Below, piece by piece: positions 1 to 8,563 of a stretch of DNA of 32,000 bases. This DNA comes from Candidatus Saccharimonadota bacterium (GTDB lineage Bacteria; Patescibacteriota; Saccharimonadia; Saccharimonadales; UBA4665). The first letter of the stretch is position 1. Each line of letters starts with the position of its first letter. Made by a program: the position numbers and the translations under genes. Under the pieces are notes generated by a model. The model was not told where the DNA came from and made no database searches. It saw only the letters and a list, made by a program, of their open reading frames with translations. The DNA is taken from contig OY970350.1 of assembly GCA_963718045.1 (NCBI GenBank), forward strand, positions 150,001-182,000, in the 5' to 3' direction.

Positions 1-423
1 TATTTTCAGATTGTCTATAACGGCAAAGCCAATACCTGTGCTGACCGTTAAATAGAGTACTCTTGAATACTTATCCTTAACCTGAACTGCTTCGTAAAGG
101 CCAGCCATTTTGGCATCATTTTCAACTAGGATAGGGCAGTTAAGTATCTTCTTTAAATCATCAACTACACTGACATTTTGCCAAGGTAGATTAGAGAAAA
201 TTATTCCTTTTCCTTGTTGTCTGTCTAACTGGGCGGCAGGAAGACCGATAGCGCCTTTTATGAAGGTTTTATCGTTGAACTTGCTTACAACAGCTTCTAC
301 ATCTTTTAAGAAATCATCATAGTTTTTTGAGGTTGGAATTCGTACCTTTTCAACAAGATTACCATCATCAGTAAAACTGGCAACAAGTGTCTTAGTCCCC
401 CCGACATCGATACAAATATACAT
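1..423 (-). CDS. ROK-family sugar kinase/regulator, N-terminal portion (3' end lies beyond the window edge)
   Basis: Absent from the ORF track because it is open to the window edge. Reverse complement from ATG 423..421 reads MYICIDVGGTKTLVASFTDDGNLVEKVRIPT...PILVENDAKMAGLYEA...YLTVSTGIGFAVI with no stop down to position 1. The DxGGTK phosphate-1 motif and the ENDA motif are typical of ROK/glucokinase proteins. Confidence 0.75.
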   Translation of the reverse strand, partial: MYICIDVGGTKTLVASFTDDGNLVEKVRIPTSKNYDDFLKDVEAVVSKFNDKTFIKGAIGLPAAQLDRQQGKGIIFSNLPWQNVSVVDDLKKILNCPILVENDAKMAGLYEAVQVKDKYSRVLYLTVSTGIGFAVIDNLKI

Positions 424-453
424 AATGCTAGTTTATCACGTGACTTAACTATT

Positions 454-483
454 TTGACTTAATAAGGTGTAAAGGTGTATATT
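454..483 (+). promoter_or_regulatory. Candidate sigma70-type promoter for rpsA (TTGACT-18 nt-TATATT)
   Basis: TTGACT at 454-459, an 18-nt spacer, and TATATT at 478-483, in the divergent ROK/rpsA intergenic region. By-eye match to the TTGACA/TATAAT consensus. Confidence 0.4.
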
Positions 484-529
484 CAAGGTAATCTTATTAG
501 TTGGTAATTAATTAAATCATGAGGATTTG

Positions 530-550
530 GGGATAAATTTATCCCTTTTT
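530..550 (+). terminator. Terminator-like hairpin plus U5 inside the rpsA leader (possible attenuator)
   Basis: GGGATAAATTTATCCC at 530-545 is a perfect inverted repeat (6 bp stem, AAUU loop). It is followed directly by TTTTT at 546-550 and lies 40 nt upstream of the rpsA GTG. Confidence 0.4.
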
Positions 551-589
551 GCTAGCTAGGAGATACTTTGAAAGGGAGGATCTTTTTAA

Positions 590-1726
590 GTGAGTAGTAC
601 TGCTACAATGGATGATCTGCTTGCCGGTTCAGATATTAAGGGCCTGGAAGTAGGTGATGTAGTCGAAGGAAAGATTACATCTGTAAAAAAGAATGAAATA
701 TGGGTTGACCTTGGTGACAAGGGTGTTGGTGTTGTTATGCGCCGAGAAATTGGTCACGGCCAGGAATTAATACCAGGCCAGGATATAACAGTCAGTGTAA
801 TTGACCCAGAGCTAGAAAACGGCCAGGTGCTATTAAGCATGAAGAGAGCCGCTAAAGACCGAGGCTGGGATGAGATTCAGCGAATCTTTGATGCCCAGGA
901 AATTATTGAAGTTGCACCATACGATGCTAACAGAGGCGGCCTATTAGTCGAACTAGAAGGGATTAGAGGTTTTCTGCCAGTTTCCCAGCTAGCAGCCGGA
1001 CATTATCCAAGGGTATCTGGTGCCGACAAGGATGAGATATTGCAGAAATTAAGTGCCTTAACCAATGTCGGTATTAGAGTCCGTATCCTTGATGTTAGCC
1101 GTAAAGATAATAAGCTTATATTCTCTGAGAAAGAAGCTGTTAAAGATGACATGCAGTCCCGCTTTGCCGAGATTAAGGTTGGCGATGTAGTTGAGGGAAC
1201 AGTCACCGGTGTTATAGACTTTGGAGCCTTTGTTAATGTTGATGGCATTGAAGGGCTGATCCATATCTCTGAAATCTCTTGGGAAAGGGTAGACAATCCA
1301 AGAAGTTACCTTAAGGTTGGCGATAAAGTTAAGGCTAAGATCATTTCTATAGATAAAGACAGACTAAGCCTAAGTCTTAAGCAGACAACCGAAGACCCAT
1401 GGCTAGAACAAGTTAAAGCCTTTAAGAAGGGCAGTGTTGTTGAAGGCAAAGTAACTAGAATTACTCCTTTCGGCGCATTTGTTCAGCTAAGCCCAAGTGT
1501 TGAAGCATTAGTCCATGTCAGTGAAATGAGTGATGATGAAACAATCGATCCCGAGAAACTCTTCCAGCTTAATGAAAAGAAAGAATTTAAGGTCTTAGAC
1601 ATCGATGCCGATAACCGTAAAATAGCTTTGTCTTTAAAGGATGCTAAGCTTAAGACTAAAGCTAAAGAAGTTAAGGCGCCTAAGACTACCAGTGCAGATA
1701 AAAAGAAGAAGACTACCAAGGAATAA
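590..1726 (+). CDS. rpsA: 30S ribosomal protein S1 (short form with four S1 domains)
   Basis: Four tandem S1/OB repeats, e.g. VGDVVEGTVTGVIDFGAFVNVDGIEGLIHISEIS and GSVVEGKVTRITPFGAFVQLSPSVEALVHVSEMS. GTG start 9 nt after AGGGAGGA (574-581). Lys-rich C-terminal tail. Confidence 0.9.
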   Translation: MSSTATMDDLLAGSDIKGLEVGDVVEGKITSVKKNEIWVDLGDKGVGVVMRREIGHGQELIPGQDITVSVIDPELENGQVLLSMKRAAKDRGWDEIQRIFDAQEIIEVAPYDANRGGLLVELEGIRGFLPVSQLAAGHYPRVSGADKDEILQKLSALTNVGIRVRILDVSRKDNKLIFSEKEAVKDDMQSRFAEIKVGDVVEGTVTGVIDFGAFVNVDGIEGLIHISEISWERVDNPRSYLKVGDKVKAKIISIDKDRLSLSLKQTTEDPWLEQVKAFKKGSVVEGKVTRITPFGAFVQLSPSVEALVHVSEMSDDETIDPEKLFQLNEKKEFKVLDIDADNRKIALSLKDAKLKTKAKEVKAPKTTSADKKKKTTKE

Positions 1727-1770
1727 TATGTCGCTTAAGTAATCCGGGATTAACCCAGAAAGGAGTGTCA

Positions 1771-3552
1771 ATGGCAGCAAGCACACAGATCGAAATCGAA
1801 GACATGATAACCGTTGGCACCCTAGCCGAGCGATTATCTATACCTGTTACCAGACTTATAACCGAACTAATGAAGAACGGTGTTATGGCTACTGTTAACG
1901 AAAAAATAGACTTTGATACTGCTCAAATTATTACCGAAGAACTAGGACTAGACATAGAGCTTGTCAGAAAATCTGAAGACTCAGGCAGTAATAGATCAGG
2001 TTTAACTCATGAGAAAGTTAAACCTAGCGCTAGTGCTGTCACAAGACCGCCTGTTGTGGCTGTAATGGGTCATGTAGACCACGGTAAGACATCATTACTG
2101 GATAAAATTAGGTCTTCTCATGTAGTCGACAAAGAAGCCGGCGGAATAACCCAGTACATTAGCGCCTATCAGATAGAGTATAAGGGCAGGGAGATAACCT
2201 TTCTGGATACACCCGGCCATGAAGCCTTTGCCGCCGTCAGGGAACATGGCGCTCAGCTAACAGATATTGTTATTATTGTCATTGCCGCTGATGAAGGCAT
2301 GAAGCCGCAAACTGTTGAAGCAATAAGGTTTGCCAAGAAAGTTGGCGTAAAGATTATTGTCGCCATTAACAAAATAGACAAACTAGGTGCAGATGTTAAT
2401 AGGATTAAACAGCAGCTATCCGAACAGGATTTACTGGTTGAAGAATGGGGCGGCGACACTTTAGTGGTTGAAGTCTCCGCCAAAACCGGCGAAGGCGTAG
2501 ATAATTTGCTGGATATGATCCTTCTAGTAGCAGATATCGAAGAATTAAAAGCTGACTTAGATGTACCTGCCAGCGGCTTAATCATAGAGTCGCACATTGA
2601 GATAGGCCGCGGACCAGTCGCTAGGGCGCTAGTTGAAGCTGGCGTACTCAAAGTTGGGAGCTATATTGTTGCTGGCGGCGCCAGTTATGCCAAAATTAGA
2701 ACCCTCGAAGACGACAAAAGACAGGCCATTGAATCGGCTAAGCCTTCGACACCGGTTACAATTACTGGTTTTAGGTCCTTACCTGATTTTGGTGATGAAT
2801 TTGTCGCCTATAACAGTGAGAAGGAAGCTAAAGAGGCTATCGGCCAGCTGCTTAAACAGAAGAAGAACAGTGCTACCCGGATGGATATCAGCAGCAGCGA
2901 GCTTATACGTCTCATTAACCGCAATAACCAAGTGGTTGAGCTTAATGTAATTATAAAAGCTGACGTCCAAGGATCATTAAGGTCTGTTATGGACAGCCTT
3001 AAAGCCCTTGATACTGAAGAAGTTGCCGTACGATTTGTCGGTACGGGCATAGGCCCAATTACTGATAATGACATTAGACTGGCTACAACTACAAATGCTA
3101 TCATCTACGGCTTCAATGTGCATGTTCCGGCTAGTTCTAGGCAGCATGCCAAGAGGGATAAGGTTAATATTAGGGAATATAACATCATATATGAGCTAAT
3201 AGATGACATTAAGGAAGAGCTAAGTAAGTTATTAAAACCTGAAGTAGTTGAGACTGAGTTAGGAAAACTAACCATAAAAGGTATCTTTAAGACAACAAAG
3301 ACAGATTTAATCTGCGGCGGTGAAGTTAGCAGCGGCAAGCTCCAAGCTCCGGCGCTAGCCAGAGTCATGCGCGGCAAAGCGGAACTGGCTATAGTCGAGA
3401 TCACCAATCTAAAAAAAGGACCAAGTGATGTTAAGATTGTTCACCAGGGAGAGATGTGTGGTGTTGATCTGAAAACTAAACAGAAGCTGGATCTTCAAGA
3501 AGGTGATAGGCTGGAAGCGTTTACCCGCGAGCTAGTTGAAAGAAAGCTATAG
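1771..3552 (+). CDS. infB: Translation initiation factor IF-2 (short N-terminus)
   Basis: GTPase motifs GHVDHGKT, DTPGHEAF and NKID, with an IF2_N-like segment TVGTLAERLSIPVTRLITELMKNG. AGGAG at 1761-1765 sits 5 nt before ATG 1771, so I prefer that start over the track GTG at 1765, which overlaps the SD. Confidence 0.93.
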   Translation: MAASTQIEIEDMITVGTLAERLSIPVTRLITELMKNGVMATVNEKIDFDTAQIITEELGLDIELVRKSEDSGSNRSGLTHEKVKPSASAVTRPPVVAVMGHVDHGKTSLLDKIRSSHVVDKEAGGITQYISAYQIEYKGREITFLDTPGHEAFAAVREHGAQLTDIVIIVIAADEGMKPQTVEAIRFAKKVGVKIIVAINKIDKLGADVNRIKQQLSEQDLLVEEWGGDTLVVEVSAKTGEGVDNLLDMILLVADIEELKADLDVPASGLIIESHIEIGRGPVARALVEAGVLKVGSYIVAGGASYAKIRTLEDDKRQAIESAKPSTPVTITGFRSLPDFGDEFVAYNSEKEAKEAIGQLLKQKKNSATRMDISSSELIRLINRNNQVVELNVIIKADVQGSLRSVMDSLKALDTEEVAVRFVGTGIGPITDNDIRLATTTNAIIYGFNVHVPASSRQHAKRDKVNIREYNIIYELIDDIKEELSKLLKPEVVETELGKLTIKGIFKTTKTDLICGGEVSSGKLQAPALARVMRGKAELAIVEITNLKKGPSDVKIVHQGEMCGVDLKTKQKLDLQEGDRLEAFTRELVERKL

Positions 3553-3580
3553 TTTAAATCTTAAGTGATACAATATATTT

Positions 3581-4045
3581 ATGATTCAGATAAATGATGC
3601 ACTGTTAAATGAAATAGGTTTAGCCAATCTTCCTCAAGAGGAAAAAAGATCTCTTTTAAGCCACATTTATGAGACCCTTGAACTCAGGGTAGGTATGAAA
3701 TTAGCTGATCAGATGACCAATGAGCAGTTAGATGAATTCGAGAGATACTTTGAAGCACGTGACGATAAGGGAGCTTTCAATTGGTTAGAAACCAACTTCC
3801 CTAATTACAAAGAAATCGTCCAAGAGGAGTTCGATAAGCTGAAAGCTGAAGTTGCTCAATCTGTACCCCAGATATTGAGTGCTTCCCAGGCAAATCCGGT
3901 CAGTCCAGCCGCCGTTAATCCGGCAACAAACGCCAATCCTGCTCAGCCTCAGCCGCCTTATACTCCTCAACCCGGCATGGATAATAATTCCAATCAAAAC
4001 GATATTCCACCGGCGAACCCGTCAATGCAGCCTCCTGTCGCTTAA
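3581..4045 (+). CDS. Conserved hypothetical protein: helical N-domain plus Pro/Gln/Asn-rich low-complexity tail
   Basis: 154-aa ORF. The N-terminal LNEIGLANLPQEEKRSLLSHIYETLELRVGMKLADQMTNEQLDEFE resembles a DUF family I recall from Patescibacteria/Actinobacteria (I believe DUF5663, unverified). The C-terminal 50 aa are PAAVNPATNANPAQPQPPYTPQPGMDNNSNQNDIPPANPSMQPPVA. Confidence 0.7.
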   Translation: MIQINDALLNEIGLANLPQEEKRSLLSHIYETLELRVGMKLADQMTNEQLDEFERYFEARDDKGAFNWLETNFPNYKEIVQEEFDKLKAEVAQSVPQILSASQANPVSPAAVNPATNANPAQPQPPYTPQPGMDNNSNQNDIPPANPSMQPPVA

Positions 4046-4968
4046 GAAAATATTGTCCGGCCGTAACCCATTACGTATTCTTTGCCAGTCATAGCTTTGC
4101 TGCCGGCAGGAATTAATCTGTTAATAACAACAAGACCATTCTGACAGTAGCACGCAAGACAGCCAGCGTGCTCTATATATTTCCCAGGCTGGCCACTTGA
4201 GGCTTCAAAATCTGCTTCTAACAAGGTAGCAGAACTTTTACCGATGTTGAATCTGACTCCAGGCCAACCGCTATAGGCTCTTAACTTCCGCTGTATTTGC
4301 TCCCAGGATTCCTGCCAGGATAAATAACCGTCTTCTTTATTAATTAATCTGTCATAGGTAGCTAGGCCTTCAGGTTGCTCAGTTGGCTTTAAAATTCCAT
4401 CCATAATGTTTTCTAGATTCTTGAACAACACATCTCTGCCTAATAGGTCTAGCTTATCTGCTAGCTGCTGCTTTGATTCAATAGACCCTATTTCTATGCT
4501 TTCCTGGACAAATATGGGGCCGGCGTCCATTTGAGCAGCCAAACGCATAATTGATACTCCGGTGACGCTGTCTCCAGCCAATATTGCGCTTTCGATAGGT
4601 GTTGGCCCACGGTGTTTAGGCAGTAGTGAGGGGTGAATGTTTATAACGCCGACTTCGAAAATATCCAGTATTTCTTGGGGTACTATCTTGCCGTAAGCAG
4701 CTAATATGGCCGTGCTTACACCAAATGACCGTATTTCTTGAGCTGACTGCCTTAAGTCGCCGTAAAATTTAACTGTAATATTGTTAGCCCTTGCTAGTTT
4801 AACAACCTCTAGCTCATCGCTGTTTTTATCTAACTTCTGAGAGATTATTACAGCCCCGATCTGGTAGCCGGAGTCAATCAAGCCTTTAAATACATTAGCC
4901 TTAGTTTGTATGCCGGTGGCTAATTTTTCATTGCCAAAGAATAGGATTTTTCTGGACGATTTTTGCAT
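4042..4968 (-). CDS. fmt: Methionyl-tRNA formyltransferase
   Basis: KILFFGNEKLA N-terminus, the formyltransferase core HPSLLPKHRGPTPIE, and a C-terminal Fmt domain. Lies downstream of def as in most bacteria. Confidence 0.92.
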   Translation of the reverse strand: MQKSSRKILFFGNEKLATGIQTKANVFKGLIDSGYQIGAVIISQKLDKNSDELEVVKLARANNITVKFYGDLRQSAQEIRSFGVSTAILAAYGKIVPQEILDIFEVGVINIHPSLLPKHRGPTPIESAILAGDSVTGVSIMRLAAQMDAGPIFVQESIEIGSIESKQQLADKLDLLGRDVLFKNLENIMDGILKPTEQPEGLATYDRLINKEDGYLSWQESWEQIQRKLRAYSGWPGVRFNIGKSSATLLEADFEASSGQPGKYIEHAGCLACYCQNGLVVINRLIPAGSKAMTGKEYVMGYGRTIFS

Positions 4969-5503
4969 AGTCTAATTTCTCTAGCTTTCCTTCATCATTT
5001 AACTTGTAAAAGGCTTCGCTGCTTTCTTTAATCTTATCTATAAATAGAATACCCTCTGTGTGTTCAATTTCATGCTGGAATATTCTGGCTAGAAATCCTG
5101 TAACTGTTACTGAAACTGTCTTTCCATCTAGTCCCATAGCTTTAATACGGGCTTTATTGTATCTGGGAACCTTTCCGTATACGTCCGGCACGCTCAGGCA
5201 GCCTTCATATTCTTCGACAATATCGCCATACAACTTAACTATTTCTGGATTAATGTAGGCTTTAAAAGTCAGGTTTTCTTTACTTTCCAGATCACTCTTA
5301 ATAATTATTATTCTGTACGGCTTATCTATCTGTATAGCCGCTAAAGCGACGCCGACCTCATACTCACGGCTCTTATCCCAGCTAACGGTCGCATCGGTCA
5401 TGTCAGCTATTATTTTCTTAATTTTGCTGTCAATTTCTTTAACTAAAGAAGATTTTGTGCGCAAGTGAGGATTCGGTAACGTTATGATGTCATCTTTTGT
5501 CAT
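4928..5503 (-). CDS. def: Peptide deformylase
   Basis: All three PDF motifs are present: GVALAAIQI, EGCLSVP and HEIEH. Confidence 0.95.
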   Translation of the reverse strand: MTKDDIITLPNPHLRTKSSLVKEIDSKIKKIIADMTDATVSWDKSREYEVGVALAAIQIDKPYRIIIIKSDLESKENLTFKAYINPEIVKLYGDIVEEYEGCLSVPDVYGKVPRYNKARIKAMGLDGKTVSVTVTGFLARIFQHEIEHTEGILFIDKIKESSEAFYKLNDEGKLEKLDYAKIVQKNPILWQ

Positions 5504-5513
5504 TATTGATCCT

Positions 5514-5543
5514 AGTATATCTTTAGATTATTTGATATGGCAA
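5514..5543 (-). promoter_or_regulatory. Candidate promoter for def-fmt (TTGCCA-18 nt-TATACT)
   Basis: On the minus strand: TTGCCA at 5543..5538, which abuts the priA stop codon, an 18-nt spacer, and TATACT at 5519..5514. Only 10 nt then remain before the def ATG at 5503. Confidence 0.5.
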
Positions 5544-7472
5544 TTACAACAGATTAGCAGGGTCGATGTCATATGTCCACCCAGATGGTATAAGCTTAAT
5601 AACTTCCAGTAATTTATTTCTGCTTGTAGACTTAACAACGATCTGCCACTGATACTTTCCTTGTATTCGTTCATGAAACGAGGGAGCCGGACCATCGACC
5701 TGAATACCAGATTGCTTAACTAACTCGGCCTTTAGCTTATTGGCTGCCTCCTCGGCGCTTTTAGTTGTTGACCGCCGGCAGGTTAGTTTCAGCAAGCTGT
5801 AGAAGGGCGGCAGTTTAAACTTTTTTCGTTCAGCAATTTCTTTTTCGTAGAAGGCCTTATAATCCTGATCTATAGCAGTACGTAACAGCAAGCTGGTAGG
5901 ATTATACGTTTGAATTACGGCAGTACCTTCTTGGTGGCCGCGGCTGATTCTGCCTAAGACCTGGGTTATTAACTGGAAGCTTCTTTCACTTGAGGTGTAA
6001 TCAGGGATATACAGGGTCGTATCGGCTTGAAGTATACCGACAGTAGTCAGATTGGGCAGATCAAAGCCTTTAGTTAGTTGTTGAGTGCCAATAAGTATGT
6101 CGACATCGCCAGCCAGCACAGCAGAGTATAGATTGCCGATGCTTTCGGCCTTTAAATTATCTGTATCAAATCTTTTAATACGGGCACCCCTAAATATCTT
6201 CTCAACTTCGCTTAAAATGCCCTTGGTTCCAGCGGTGGTAAATAAGATGGCATCACTTTCACAATTCGGGCAGATAGTAGGAATGGAGTTCAGGGCATAA
6301 CCGCAGGTGTGACATCTAAGCTGATGCACGTCACCATGATAAACAAGAGGCAGGTTACAGTTCGGGCAAAGGGCTTCCCAGCCGCAGTTCTCGCATAAAA
6401 CCAACCTGGAAGTGCCTCTCCTATTTAAGAATATTAGGCTTTGTTGGCGGCTGCTCAGAGAATCTTTCATAGCCTTAATTAGGGGGTCGCTTAATATATT
6501 TGAGACAGTAAAATAATCCTTATCTTTAAGATCGACGATTTCAGTCTTAGACTTAGGCGATGGCCCCTTGGCAAGTTCAGTAAGTTCAATTATTGGCCTG
6601 GAATTAATCTTAGCTAAGTAATAATCGTTTATAGAAGGTGTCGCCGAACCTAATATAAGGACTGAATTTGTTAATTTAGATAGCGTGGAGGCAACCCCTC
6701 TAGCTTCATAGTGAGGAAGCTGCTCTTGTTTATAGGCTGTGTCATGGACCTCATCAACTACTATGAGGCCGATGTTTTTTAGTGGTGAGAATAAAGCTGA
6801 TCTAGGTCCTATTACGACAAGCGGCACGTCACTGGTTAAGCATCTGTACCAGGAATTCTGGCGTTCTTTGGATGATTGTCCAGAGTGAATGGCAATAACC
6901 CGGTCTCCGAAAATCTCCTTAAAGTTCTCAAATAACTGGGAAGATAAGCCTATTTCTGGCGACAGGATTATTGCTGAGCGGTTACTCTTAAGCGCTTTTA
7001 ATGCCAGCTCAATATATACGCGTGTCTTACCTGTTCCAGTCCGTCCGTGAAGCAAAAATGTGCCGCTATCCTTGATTATATCCACAGCCTTCTTCTGCTG
7101 GTCGTTAAGTTTTGGCAGCGAAGAAATATTAGGTTCTACCGATTTAATGACCGGCAAGCTGAGCTCGACTGGTATTTTAGCTGGTAAAAACTGCTGGGCA
7201 ACAATACCTAAAGGGGAAGGGTAATATTCCTTAACCCAACTGGCAAGAGCTATAGAATGACGCGGCAGCGGCGGTATATCGTATAAAGCAGTAATTGGCT
7301 TTGTTTTAAACTTAGGCTTGACTGTTTCAGAAATAACAAAACCAGGCACTAGAGTTTTCTTAAGCTCAATACTTACTAAACTGCCAGTTTTTAGTTTCAC
7401 CTCAGAACTATAGGTTAGCGGATCGCTGGAATGATAGCGGTTAGTTCTTACCCAAACCTCGTAGTAAAACAT
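5544..7472 (-). CDS. priA: Primosomal protein N' (replication restart helicase PriA)
   Basis: Walker A GRTGTGKT, the DExH box DEVHD, and the Cys-rich zinc region CENCGWEALCPNCNLPLVYHGDVHQLRCHTCGY...CPNCES. The track start at 7499 is a TTG. ATG 7472 (MFYYEVWV...) matches the usual PriA N-terminus and sits 6 nt after TATAAT (7484..7479). Confidence 0.9.
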   Translation of the reverse strand: MFYYEVWVRTNRYHSSDPLTYSSEVKLKTGSLVSIELKKTLVPGFVISETVKPKFKTKPITALYDIPPLPRHSIALASWVKEYYPSPLGIVAQQFLPAKIPVELSLPVIKSVEPNISSLPKLNDQQKKAVDIIKDSGTFLLHGRTGTGKTRVYIELALKALKSNRSAIILSPEIGLSSQLFENFKEIFGDRVIAIHSGQSSKERQNSWYRCLTSDVPLVVIGPRSALFSPLKNIGLIVVDEVHDTAYKQEQLPHYEARGVASTLSKLTNSVLILGSATPSINDYYLAKINSRPIIELTELAKGPSPKSKTEIVDLKDKDYFTVSNILSDPLIKAMKDSLSSRQQSLIFLNRRGTSRLVLCENCGWEALCPNCNLPLVYHGDVHQLRCHTCGYALNSIPTICPNCESDAILFTTAGTKGILSEVEKIFRGARIKRFDTDNLKAESIGNLYSAVLAGDVDILIGTQQLTKGFDLPNLTTVGILQADTTLYIPDYTSSERSFQLITQVLGRISRGHQEGTAVIQTYNPTSLLLRTAIDQDYKAFYEKEIAERKKFKLPPFYSLLKLTCRRSTTKSAEEAANKLKAELVKQSGIQVDGPAPSFHERIQGKYQWQIVVKSTSRNKLLEVIKLIPSGWTYDIDPANLL

Positions 7473-7521
7473 GATGTCATTATATTCTAATAACAACAAA
7501 CTTCTTACTTAAGTAATAAAA

Positions 7522-7550
7522 TTGCCTTTAATTTTTTGCCAAAGTATATT
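7522..7550 (+). promoter_or_regulatory. Candidate promoter for the wHTH-rpsU-yqeY-adk-map block (TTGCCT-17 nt-TATATT)
   Basis: TTGCCT at 7522-7527, a 17-nt spacer, and TATATT at 7545-7550, in the divergent priA/regulator intergenic region. Confidence 0.45.
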
Positions 7551-7607
7551 AAGATAGTTGTATTAAATAATGGGAACATATATACTTAGGGCGTTGTCTT
7601 TATAACA

Positions 7608-7904
7608 ATGGAAAACATGCTAGACATCTTTATTACCTCGCGGGTACGACGTAAAATCATCGTAATTTACGCGAAGTACCCCGACTTCAAAACCCACGTC
7701 CGTGGCCTTGCCAAGTTAATAAAAGAAGATGCTGGCAATATCCAGCGTGAGCTTAAGAGATTGGAAAAGGTCGGTTTCTTAGTTGCCGAGAGACAGGGTA
7801 ACACTAAAGTTTACTCGACCAATAAGCAATTCCCAATTTTTAAAGAATTACAAAGTATTGTGTTGAAATCACAACGTACCAATCAGAAAAGGGTGACCGG
7901 GTGA
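7608..7904 (+). CDS. Small winged-helix DNA-binding transcriptional regulator (ArsR/MarR-like fold)
   Basis: 98 aa. HVRGLAKLIKEDAGNIQRELKRLEKVGFLVAERQGNTKVYSTN fits an HTH followed by a beta-wing. The start is uncertain (ATG 7608 or ATG 7617). Its stop overlaps the rpsU GTG in GTGA at 7901-7904. Confidence 0.7.
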   Translation: MENMLDIFITSRVRRKIIVIYAKYPDFKTHVRGLAKLIKEDAGNIQRELKRLEKVGFLVAERQGNTKVYSTNKQFPIFKELQSIVLKSQRTNQKRVTG

Positions 7905-8119
7905 TACAAGTATCAAGAAAAGACTCTCGCGAATCTTTAGAAAATTTGCTCAGGCGTTTTAACCGTAAGGTTCAGCAGTCAGGTGTAGTGGCCGCTGTTA
8001 AGCAGAATCAATTTTATGAAAAGCCAATTTCTAAAAAGGATCGACGCCAGAAGGCTATTATTAGACAAGAACGCAAGAGCGCTAAGTATAATAAGATTAA
8101 ATTAGGGCAAAAATTCTAG
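7901..8119 (+). CDS. rpsU: 30S ribosomal protein S21
   Basis: A 72-aa basic protein. LENLLRRFNRKVQQSGVVAAVKQNQFYEKPISKKDRRQKA matches the S21 pattern. Confidence 0.92.
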   Translation: MIQVSRKDSRESLENLLRRFNRKVQQSGVVAAVKQNQFYEKPISKKDRRQKAIIRQERKSAKYNKIKLGQKF

Positions 8120-8563
8120 ATGATTGAGGCTCAAATCGAGCAAGACCTTAAGGTTGCCATGTTAGCTCGAGAGACAAGCAAAGTAAGTACCCTTAGAGGT
8201 CTTAAGAGTACCTTTCTGTACGCTAAGGTTGCTGCTGGTACAAGAGACAGAGAGCTAAGTGATGATGAGGCTATAAGACTGCTTCAAAAGGAAGCCAAAA
8301 AACGAGAAGAAAGTGCCGAACTGTACGCCCGCGGAGGCGAAAAGGGGCGTGCCGAGCAAGAGCTAAGTGAAAAGAAAATCATTGATCAATATTTACCGGC
8401 AAAGCTTAGCAAAGATAAACTGGTTGAAGCCGTTAACAGCGTAATATCTGCCAACCCAGACTTTAATATGGGCCAGATAATAGCTGAAGTTAAGAATAAG
8501 ACTGCCGGAACAGCCGACGGGGCAGACATAGCTCGTATAGTAAAGGAAAAACTAGGCGCGTGA
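8120..8563 (+). CDS. yqeY: GatB/YqeY domain protein
   Basis: IEQDLKVAMLARETSKVSTLRGLKS... and the C-terminal GADIARIVKEKL are typical of YqeY. It lies immediately after rpsU, as in Bacillus. Confidence 0.88.
   Translation: MIEAQIEQDLKVAMLARETSKVSTLRGLKSTFLYAKVAAGTRDRELSDDEAIRLLQKEAKKREESAELYARGGEKGRAEQELSEKKIIDQYLPAKLSKDKLVEAVNSVISANPDFNMGQIIAEVKNKTAGTADGADIARIVKEKLGA

Noticed and set aside
110-322. 70-aa plus-strand ORF from the track
   Set aside because: It lies entirely antisense to the well-supported ROK-family gene (1..423, minus strand), has a low-complexity sequence, and has no SD or promoter. It is a shadow ORF.
431-449. parS-like or operator-like palindrome around TCACGTGA (GTTTATCACGTGACTTAAC)
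   Set aside because: Only about 11 of 16 positions match parS (TGTTTCACGTGAAACA), and the flanks do not match. It overlaps the putative extended -10 box of the ROK gene, so it may be an operator, but I cannot support that. Other CACGTG occurrences (3755, 12806) lie inside genes and are also not parS-like.
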